A DNA stretch of 64,000 bases from Bacteroidales bacterium (GTDB lineage: Bacteria; Bacteroidota; Bacteroidia; Bacteroidales; UBA12077): contig DATFIZ010000068.1 in assembly GCA_035269575.1 (NCBI GenBank), positions 5,064 through 69,063 on the forward strand, in the 5' to 3' direction. Within the stretch, counting starts at the first letter, position 1, and every line of letters begins with the position of its first letter. This document shows positions 56,612-64,000 of this stretch, piece after piece. The notes under the pieces were generated by a model. The model was not told the origin of the DNA and did not search any database. It was given only the letters and a program-made list of their open reading frames with translations. The translations under genes and the position numbers were made by a program.

Positions 56612-56650
56612 ATTAAAAATAACCCCGGCAGAAATTAATCTGCAGGGGTT
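56612..56650 (-). terminator. Probable rho-independent terminator downstream of the 289-aa secreted protein gene
   Basis: Stem 56621-56632 / 56639-56650 (AACCCC.GCAGA / TCTGC.GGGGTT, one G/A mismatch). On the minus strand it is followed by ATTTTTAA. Confidence 0.55.
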
Positions 56651-56680
56651 TAATAGAAATATTTATATTTTAATTTTTAA

Positions 56681-57550
56681 TTAAAATAGAGAACTTCGTC
56701 CCTTTGCCAATTTTTTAAAATCTTTTTCTAAAATACCATCAAAGTTTTTTGTCCTTTCCACCCAATGATAATCAAAATAGTAAAAGTTTGCATCTTTTGC
56801 ACCAATGATAATTTTATAACAACGTGCGCGTAACCTTGTCCCTTGTGGACCTACTTTGTGTAAGTATACCACATTAGGGTCGCGTTTTTGGATTGCTTCT
56901 TCAATCTCTTCGCGGGTTACAAATTTAAATTTATAAGGATATACCTTTTTCAACTTAGCCACGGTATTTATTTTGGGTGATACCTCATCTCTAATAAGAT
57001 ATAGCGTTTTTTGCTTGATATCTTTCATATTATCATTGTAATGCTTAAAAATATTTTTCTTAATGATGCTTGGATCGTTTTTCATATTTACGATATGATT
57101 TTGAAGAAAACGAACCAGAGACTCTATTTTATAAACCCAATACTCTTCATCAACTTCTTTGTATGACATTGGGATAGAGGCTACATCCGGCAAGTCATTA
57201 AAATCATCAATACCTCTTTTACCGATAAAAAGATTGAGGAAATTATATCTAACCTTTGTTTTATCATTTTCAAATAATACCTGAGTCATCATTAAAAATG
57301 ATTTATCAGGGTCATTATACATTTCTTCAAATTGTTTGAAAGAGATAAATTCATAATCGGTTAGGTTCCATGTTTCTTTTACTGCTTGCTGAATTTTAAA
57401 ATTATAGGCCGCAATAGGATTTGATTCCAACACAACATATAATTTTGAATTAAAAAACTGATTTAAATCTGCTTCTGTTGGCAAGTAATCCTGGGCAGTC
57501 AGATTTAACGAGAATACTCCTAATAATAGTGCAAATAATAATTTTTTCAT
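56681..57550 (-). CDS. Secreted hypothetical protein
   Basis: 289 aa with signal peptide MKKLLFALLLGVFSLNLTAQ. I recognise no motif. It appears monocistronic, with its own upstream AT-rich region and a terminator. Confidence 0.6.
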   Translation of the reverse strand: MKKLLFALLLGVFSLNLTAQDYLPTEADLNQFFNSKLYVVLESNPIAAYNFKIQQAVKETWNLTDYEFISFKQFEEMYNDPDKSFLMMTQVLFENDKTKVRYNFLNLFIGKRGIDDFNDLPDVASIPMSYKEVDEEYWVYKIESLVRFLQNHIVNMKNDPSIIKKNIFKHYNDNMKDIKQKTLYLIRDEVSPKINTVAKLKKVYPYKFKFVTREEIEEAIQKRDPNVVYLHKVGPQGTRLRARCYKIIIGAKDANFYYFDYHWVERTKNFDGILEKDFKKLAKGRSSLF

Positions 57551-57820
57551 GATTTTGTTTTTTTATATTTTTTTATATTGCGCTTACTTTAAATCAACAA
57601 AAATTAAACCGAAATTTACATAAGTTTTAAAAATTATGCTATTATAAAGAATAATAAAATATAAAAAGTATAAAAATTATCATTAACCTTTCATTGTATA
57701 AGGTTAATCAAAAAACTTATATTTTCATTTAAGTATAATAATTTATAGGTTTTATTTACTAAATTTACAAAAGCAATTACAAATTTGTATATTGTATTAT
57801 TTCTTAAATAGTCCTATTGT

Positions 57821-59554
57821 ATGAAAATAATTGAGAAGCTAATAAGACTTTGGAGCATTAATTCTGACAAAATAGAACAAAACAGTGACACTTTGCATAA
57901 GGCTACTATATTTAATTTTTATAGTACCATAACGAATAGCTTATTGTTTATCTTTAGCATTATTAATGTTATTCAAGGAAATTTCTTAAACTTTTTTATT
58001 GTAAGTTCAATTTTTATCATCTTATTAATCAATCATTTTCACTTTATTACGAAATTTCAATTAAAAACTTCATTAACCATTTATACCCTGGCAATATCCA
58101 CCTTTTTCCTTTGGCTTATATTTGCAGGAAACATTTATAATCAGGGGATTTTAGTTTTTGGATTTTATCCAATATTAGCAATTATCCTGTTAGGTTATAA
58201 AAAAGGAAATCAAGCTTCTCTTATATTTTTCCCACTGAGTATTATTGGGCTTATTCTACCTTATCTTATTGAAACAATCTTTGATTTCTCCGTTTCAAAC
58301 ATAATACTTTATACGCTAATTTTTACCGGTTCATTAATTTTCATTAATATTTACTTAAAACTTTTTGAGCAAAAACAAAACAAACTAATCGGTGAAAAAA
58401 ATGAAGCTAAAAAAGAAACATTGGCCAAAGAAAATTTTATTTCAAAAATTTCACATCAGATAAGAACCCCTTTAAATAATATTGTTGTAGTAACAAATAT
58501 TGTTAACAATTCTAATCTTGATGAAAAACAAAGAGACTTAATTGATACTATCCAGGCGTCGACAAATAACCTGGTTAATGTAGTTAATAATATTGCCGAA
58601 TTATCGAATGTTGATATTTTACAAAGTAAAGATTACAATCAGTTTTTTAACCTGGAAACAACCATTACAAATACAATTAAGTTATTTACCGATGTTGACA
58701 ATAATGAGATTTTATTACCGGTGAACTTTCAGGATAAAATTAACTATCAGCTTTATGGCGATCCGGTTAAAATAAAACAGATATTTCTTAATTTAATCGA
58801 AAATATCTTAAAGAATTCAAAAAATGGCCAAAAAAAGATTCAATTAGATATTAACAGTCAAAATGAACAAAACAATACAATAGATATTGTATTTAATATA
58901 TCTACCCATGATTTTGTGCATATTCCTGAGATTACAAAAATACAGAATACAATAAAATCTCAAAAAGAACGAAATACAACATTAATAAAATTACTTGATT
59001 TAAATATTGCCAGACGAATTATTGAATCAATAGGAGGAGCCTTTGAAATAAATATTTCATCCGATTTATTTAAATTCGAATTTATTATTCAGTTTAAAAA
59101 AGGAGATTTGTTTTCTGAAGAAAAGGATTCAAAAAACGAGTCTGCAATTCCGGAAATTAAGACGGATGCCAAAATTAAACTTACAGATGCCAATGTATTA
59201 TTAGTAGAAGACAACCTTATTAATCAGAAAATAGTGCTTCTGAGCTTAAAAAAAGCGGTTAAAAATGTGGATATTGCCAATAATGGGAAAGAAGCTCTTG
59301 ATAAATTTGGATCCATTAAATACGATGTTATTTTAATGGATATTCAGATGCCCATAATGAATGGAATTGTAACAACCAAGAAAATAAGGAATATAGAAAA
59401 AAGCAGCAATACACATACTCCAATTATTGCCATTACCGCAAATGCACTTTTAGGGGATAAAGAAGAATGTCTGGCTGCAGGAATGGATGACTACATAAGT
59501 AAACCATTTCAGATTGACACATTAATAAAAAAGATTGAAATGCATTTAGAATAA
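57821..59554 (+). CDS. Hybrid sensor histidine kinase / response regulator (membrane sensor + DHp + degenerate HATPase + receiver)
   Basis: 577 aa with about 6 N-terminal TM helices. H-box FISKISHQIRTPLNNI, N-box IFLNLIENILKNS, and a canonical receiver (LLVEDN, ILMDIQMP, ITANA, SKP). The G1/G2 boxes are not recognisable. Confidence 0.85.
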   Translation: MKIIEKLIRLWSINSDKIEQNSDTLHKATIFNFYSTITNSLLFIFSIINVIQGNFLNFFIVSSIFIILLINHFHFITKFQLKTSLTIYTLAISTFFLWLIFAGNIYNQGILVFGFYPILAIILLGYKKGNQASLIFFPLSIIGLILPYLIETIFDFSVSNIILYTLIFTGSLIFINIYLKLFEQKQNKLIGEKNEAKKETLAKENFISKISHQIRTPLNNIVVVTNIVNNSNLDEKQRDLIDTIQASTNNLVNVVNNIAELSNVDILQSKDYNQFFNLETTITNTIKLFTDVDNNEILLPVNFQDKINYQLYGDPVKIKQIFLNLIENILKNSKNGQKKIQLDINSQNEQNNTIDIVFNISTHDFVHIPEITKIQNTIKSQKERNTTLIKLLDLNIARRIIESIGGAFEINISSDLFKFEFIIQFKKGDLFSEEKDSKNESAIPEIKTDAKIKLTDANVLLVEDNLINQKIVLLSLKKAVKNVDIANNGKEALDKFGSIKYDVILMDIQMPIMNGIVTTKKIRNIEKSSNTHTPIIAITANALLGDKEECLAAGMDDYISKPFQIDTLIKKIEMHLE

Positions 59555-59573
59555 TTAATAGGGTAACATCTTT

Positions 59574-62500
59574 TTATTCCAGCGCTGGTTTTACACCTAC
59601 AATTAACACGTCATCCACCTGTTCCTGGTTGCCTCTCCAATCTTCAAAACTTTTATCGAGGTAAGCTAATTGTTGTTCGAGAGGTAATTTATGAATGGTA
59701 AGTAAAAGGTGTCTAAATCGTCGGTACTTATATTTTTTTCCGTCAGGCCCACCAAATTGATCGGCATAACCATCCGAAAAAAGATAAAAGATATCATCCT
59801 TTTTCAGTTTAATGATCGTCTTATTGATATGATCGTCAGTTCCATCTTCAAGTAATCCAACAGAAAATCTATTACCCCTTATTTCTTCAATCTTATTATC
59901 TCGAATAAAGTATAAGGGTCGAAAAGCTCCGGCAAACTCTAACAAAGCGTTTTTCTTATCAATAACACAAAGGGCAATATCCATTCCATCTTTTAATCGT
60001 ACATTTTCGGACTCTTTTCCAAAAGTAACAGAAACCCCTCTATTTAACTCTTCCAATATTTTATCTGCTTCGTCAATACCCTGGTCATCGGTTATTTTAC
60101 GTAAAAGCTCAAAACCAATAATAGACATAAACGCACCGGGAACTCCATGGCCGGTGCAATCAACAACAGCAATAAATATTTTATCATTTTTAATATTTAC
60201 CCAGTAAAAATCACCACTGACAATATCTTTTGGTTTATATAATATAAAGGTGGAAGGCAATAATGACTTAAAAAATTTTAATGAAGGCATTAATGCTTCC
60301 TGAATTCTTTTTGCATATACAATGCTATCGGTAATACTTTTATTTTTAATGGTCAATTCTTCTTTTTGCTTAGCAACCTGTTTGGCAATTAATTCTTTTT
60401 CTTTTAATTCCTGGTTTGACCTCCGTAATGTTTTCGTTCTATATTGAATGATCCAGAATATCATAAACAAAATCAATAATATATAAAAAGCAAAAGCCAG
60501 CTTTGTTCTCCAAAAGGGAGTTAATACTTCAATCTCCAATAGTGCTCCTTTTTCATTCCATACATAATCGCTATTTGCTCCTTTTACCCTAAAAGTATAT
60601 TTACCCGGAGGTAAATTTGAGAAGGTAGCATACCTTCTATTTCCAAGATTTATCCACTCCTCCTCTATCCCCTTCATCTTATAAGCATAAGAATTTTTGG
60701 CTGGATTTGTAAAATCAAGTGCAGCAAATTCTATGGTGATTAAATTATTCCGGTATGGAATTCGAATAAAATTATTTTCCCCTACACTTACTCGTTTTAA
60801 CCTGTCATTAGCTAACAACTCAATAGAAGTAATTGCAATTTTGGGAACATTTTCATTTATCTGGATTGAATCGGGATAAAAGGAATTCAATCCGGCAATC
60901 CCTCCAAAAAATATTTCGCCTGACGAACTCTTAAAATAAGCCCCAAGATTAAATTCAGAATCCTGAACACCATCGGCAACATTAAAATTACTAAAAGACT
61001 CATCCTCAGGATTAAACATTGACAGGCCACGATTAGTACTCATCCATAGATTTCTGTCATCATCGGCTAAAATTGAATAGATCAGATTATTTGGAAGTCC
61101 GTCTTTTTCGGTATAAACTACAAATCGTTTGGTTTGTAAGTTCATCTTATTTAACCCGTTTACCGTACCCAGCCATAAATCATGATTAATAGTATCTTCG
61201 TAAAGACATAGAATTTCATTTGAACTCAAACAGTCTTCGCAATAAGCATTTGATTTAAAATACTTTTCTATGTTCCCGCTAATCAAATCAAGTTTATTTA
61301 GTCCATGGTCGGTTGCAATCCAGAGATTATTTTTTGAATCGAGCAGAAGATCATAGACAAGGTTAGAACTTATCGAAGGCTCATCATCGTCGTTAGCAAT
61401 GTAACTTTTAACGATTGAATCATTTTTTATGTTATGTAATCCATATTTTGTTCCTATCCAAAAATTGCCCGAATCAGATTCTATAATATCATAAATTCTG
61501 TTTTTGTTTAAAATTTGGGAAATATTATTGTTTTCGAACGTTGAAAAAACATTCTCTTCTTTATCAAAGAAACTGATTCCATCCTGGGTACCCAGCCAAT
61601 AATCACCATCATTGCTTTTAAATATTTTGTGTACATAATCATTTTTTAAGGAGCTATTACCTGTAAAAAAACGAGTAACTTTATTTGTGTTTCGGTTAAA
61701 AGTATGCAATCCGGTACCCCAGGTCCCAACCCATAAAATACTATCATTTTCAGTATATATTGATGAAATGTAGTTATTGGAAAATAAGAATTCTCCTTTA
61801 TTATTTTTGGCGTAAAGATTAAATTTTTTCCTTCTTTTCTCAATCTTAATTAGTCCTTGCAATGTCCCAACCCATAAAATTCCGGTTTTATCTTCGAGAA
61901 TAGATGTAACGGAAGTTGTCAGGACTATATTATTTTCAAATTTAAATTCATTATAAGTAATAAATTGCTCCGTTTTCCGGTCAAATTTATTTAATCCATC
62001 TTCTGTCGCTATCCATAAATTTTTATCAGAATCTTCGTATATATCATTAATGTTATTATTTAGATTTTCTCCCTTTCTTGAATTAAAGAAACGGGTAAAA
62101 CTCTCATTTTCCCAGTTAAATCGATTAAGTCCATTCTTCGTTCCTATCCATAAATTATCTCTACTATCTTCAAAAATAACCTTTACTCTGTTGTTACTTA
62201 TTGATTTTATATTGTCAGGATCATGATTATAACGTTTAAATATCTCAAGGTCTCTATCAAAATAATTTAATCCATCCTTGGTTCCAACCCATAGTTGATT
62301 TTTATGATCCTCAAAAATTGAGAATTTTGCATTTACCGAAATAAAATTAAAAATATCATTAAAATGCTCATAATGTCTGAATTTCTCAGTTTTAGGGTTT
62401 AAACGACTTAAAAATCGTTCTGTTTTTATCCAGATAAAACCACTATTGTCCTGATATATAGAATATACCTCATCTTCTGGAATCGTGTTTTGACTGGAAT

Positions 62501-62876
62501 CATTATTTAAATATCTAAAAAACGTTTGTTTTTCAGCATCAAATTTATTTAACCCGTAATTGGTTCCCACCCAGATATTATCATCGCTATCTTCATAAAT
62601 ACAATGAATATAATTATTGGATATGGTTGTTGTATCGGTTGGATCATGTTTAAAACGGGTAAAAGTATAACCGTCATATTTATTTAAGCCATCCTGGGTT
62701 CCTATCCATAGAAATCCTTTACGATCCTGCATAAGACATTGTACACTTGTTTGTGACATGCCATCTTCGATCGTAAAATGCTTTACATTTAGAAGCTGTC
62801 CATAAATACTTCCTGAAAAAAAGAGAGGGAGAATCCCAATAAATATGGATAGCAATATGTATTTAAAAAGCTTCAT
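59574..62876 (-). CDS. Periplasmic double beta-propeller (two-component regulator propeller repeats) + Y_Y_Y + TM + coiled coil + PP2C/SpoIIE phosphatase
   Basis: 1100 aa. About 12-14 repeats of the W(I/V)GT..GLN.F type, Y_Y_Y region (YAYKMKG.EEEWI...PGKYTFRVKG), TM (FAFYILLILFMIFWII), and SpoIIE motifs (SGDFYW, VVDCTGHGVPGAF, DGMD, FSDGYADQ, QVDDVLIVG). Confidence 0.85.
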   Translation of the reverse strand: MKLFKYILLSIFIGILPLFFSGSIYGQLLNVKHFTIEDGMSQTSVQCLMQDRKGFLWIGTQDGLNKYDGYTFTRFKHDPTDTTTISNNYIHCIYEDSDDNIWVGTNYGLNKFDAEKQTFFRYLNNDSSQNTIPEDEVYSIYQDNSGFIWIKTERFLSRLNPKTEKFRHYEHFNDIFNFISVNAKFSIFEDHKNQLWVGTKDGLNYFDRDLEIFKRYNHDPDNIKSISNNRVKVIFEDSRDNLWIGTKNGLNRFNWENESFTRFFNSRKGENLNNNINDIYEDSDKNLWIATEDGLNKFDRKTEQFITYNEFKFENNIVLTTSVTSILEDKTGILWVGTLQGLIKIEKRRKKFNLYAKNNKGEFLFSNNYISSIYTENDSILWVGTWGTGLHTFNRNTNKVTRFFTGNSSLKNDYVHKIFKSNDGDYWLGTQDGISFFDKEENVFSTFENNNISQILNKNRIYDIIESDSGNFWIGTKYGLHNIKNDSIVKSYIANDDDEPSISSNLVYDLLLDSKNNLWIATDHGLNKLDLISGNIEKYFKSNAYCEDCLSSNEILCLYEDTINHDLWLGTVNGLNKMNLQTKRFVVYTEKDGLPNNLIYSILADDDRNLWMSTNRGLSMFNPEDESFSNFNVADGVQDSEFNLGAYFKSSSGEIFFGGIAGLNSFYPDSIQINENVPKIAITSIELLANDRLKRVSVGENNFIRIPYRNNLITIEFAALDFTNPAKNSYAYKMKGIEEEWINLGNRRYATFSNLPPGKYTFRVKGANSDYVWNEKGALLEIEVLTPFWRTKLAFAFYILLILFMIFWIIQYRTKTLRRSNQELKEKELIAKQVAKQKEELTIKNKSITDSIVYAKRIQEALMPSLKFFKSLLPSTFILYKPKDIVSGDFYWVNIKNDKIFIAVVDCTGHGVPGAFMSIIGFELLRKITDDQGIDEADKILEELNRGVSVTFGKESENVRLKDGMDIALCVIDKKNALLEFAGAFRPLYFIRDNKIEEIRGNRFSVGLLEDGTDDHINKTIIKLKKDDIFYLFSDGYADQFGGPDGKKYKYRRFRHLLLTIHKLPLEQQLAYLDKSFEDWRGNQEQVDDVLIVGVKPALE

Positions 62877-62948
62877 TTATATATTGCTAATTTAATATAT
62901 ATTCGTAATAAAGCAAAGGTTTATCTATAGTTTAAACATGCTTTTCGT

Positions 62949-64000
62949 TTACTCTCCCGCAATTGCGCCTCCACGGTATAACATTTTTTGATATTTCAAC
63001 GAAGGGGAGGATATAAATTTACCAATATTATAACTATCCCATTTCTTATCAACCCATTTAATGGTAGGTAGGTTTGAGCTAACAATATTTGGCCAATCTC
63101 TCTTGAAGTTATCTTTTCCTTTTACTTTTCTTGTTGCATCAATAAAAATGCACGAATGCGTATTATCTTGTTTTAATAAAATAAAGGAGTCTCTTTTAGG
63201 ATCTATGTTTCCTGATGCAATCCAAATGACCAAATCCCAATCTGAAACATCCACTAAGTCGTCAACTAACACACACATTTTAACTTGATTAAAACCTTCG
63301 CTATGAAATAACTTCTTCACCAGATTTTCTATATGTGTTTTGTTTTTCTTTTTAACCGATAAGATTAAAACGCCATTATTTCTTGCGGTAGTAAAGATAT
63401 TGGCATCTGTAATTTCAATAAACTCATTTTTTAAGTCATCAATATTCAGTGACTCATTATTCTTGTTTATTAATAATTCATCGGGAATCTCCTCCTCAAA
63501 TTTAGTGGTTGCATCAATCCCCATTTTGCTTCCAAATGCCATTTTTGAAGATGAATGATCTAAGACATCCAAAGGTCCCTGCATAAAATGAATATTGTGA
63601 GAAGAATTCATATTATCCAACACAACATCAACTAATTCCTCATAATGATGGATATTAACCTTTTGATCTACAATAATCATTATTTTATTAAACATCATCT
63701 GTCCTGCTCCCCAAAGGGCATTCATTACCTTTAAAGCTTGTCCGGGATAGGTTTTATTTATTTTTATAATAGCTATATTATGAGCAACACCTGCAAAAGG
63801 GAGGTCGTAATCAATTATTTCCGGAAGAATGGCCATTTTAATAGGTGTTAAAAAGATTCGCTCCGTAGCTTTTCCAATCCATGCATCTTCCATTGGTGGT
63901 ACACCTACAACTGTAGCCGGATAAACTGCATCTTTACGATGAGTAATGCATGTTACGTGAAGTTTGGGGTACCAATCGGCTAACGAATAAAATCCTGTAT
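62949..64000 (-). CDS. UbiD family decarboxylase (menaquinone/ubiquinone biosynthesis type), partial, N-terminus off window
   Basis: The frame stays open upstream of the track ATG (63893) to the window end: ...ITHRKDAVYPATVVGVPPMEDAWIGKATERIF is the conserved UbiD core. Stop at 62949. Confidence 0.88.
   Translation of the reverse strand, partial: TGFYSLADWYPKLHVTCITHRKDAVYPATVVGVPPMEDAWIGKATERIFLTPIKMAILPEIIDYDLPFAGVAHNIAIIKINKTYPGQALKVMNALWGAGQMMFNKIMIIVDQKVNIHHYEELVDVVLDNMNSSHNIHFMQGPLDVLDHSSSKMAFGSKMGIDATTKFEEEIPDELLINKNNESLNIDDLKNEFIEITDANIFTTARNNGVLILSVKKKNKTHIENLVKKLFHSEGFNQVKMCVLVDDLVDVSDWDLVIWIASGNIDPKRDSFILLKQDNTHSCIFIDATRKVKGKDNFKRDWPNIVSSNLPTIKWVDKKWDSYNIGKFISSPSLKYQKMLYRGGAIAGE

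Noticed and set aside
1-64000. Search for CRISPR arrays, tRNA/rRNA genes, transposases, integrases and long direct or tandem repeats
   Set aside because: Intergenic regions are short, with the longest about 290 bp. None shows spaced direct repeats, cloverleaf-like GC-rich segments or IS termini. No ORF has transposase or integrase motifs.

Overview
This is an AT-rich chromosomal segment, about 35% GC by eye, that is almost certainly from a member of the Bacteroidota. The evidence is the conserved block murI-skp-skp-bamA-uppS-DUF6089-nadK-CBS-pdxJ, the cluster mutY-ssb-gldE-gldD, TAnnTTTG-type promoter motifs, and the absence of Shine-Dalgarno sequences.

The window is densely packed with about 60 intact genes, mostly housekeeping. 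They cover these functions:
- Central metabolism: korAB, split transketolase, prs, udk, manA, pdxJ, nadK, hutH.
- Translation: L25, pth, hisS, ychF, engB.
- Envelope biogenesis: bamA, skp, lnt, uppS, murI, dsbD-like.
- DNA and RNA: mutY, ssb, HU, RNase G.
- Gliding motility: gldD and gldE.

I found no rRNA, tRNA, CRISPR array, transposase, integrase or obvious defence island. I cannot point to a convincing novel multi-gene system. The leads are single-gene or small-module oddities:
1. A partial gene at the left edge, absent from the ORF track, fuses a sensor module, a pseudo-receiver and a receiver to a PEP-synthase-type ATP-grasp domain.
2. A PafA/NPP-like alkaline-phosphatase-superfamily protein has its nucleophile and nearly all metal ligands substituted.
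3. An unannotated 30-codon Arg/Lys-rich ORF (bS22-like) lies between HU and RNase G.
4. A lone NUMOD4-HNH homing-endonuclease-like gene sits among core genes.
5. An NhaP-type antiporter is fused to a cyclic-nucleotide-binding domain.
6. The two halves of a split transketolase are separated by a divergent MGS-like gene and a secreted VWA gene.
7. A hybrid histidine kinase with degenerate ATP-binding boxes is convergent with a double-propeller/Y_Y_Y sensor fused to a PP2C phosphatase.

All functional calls come from by-eye motif recognition. None has been checked by database search.
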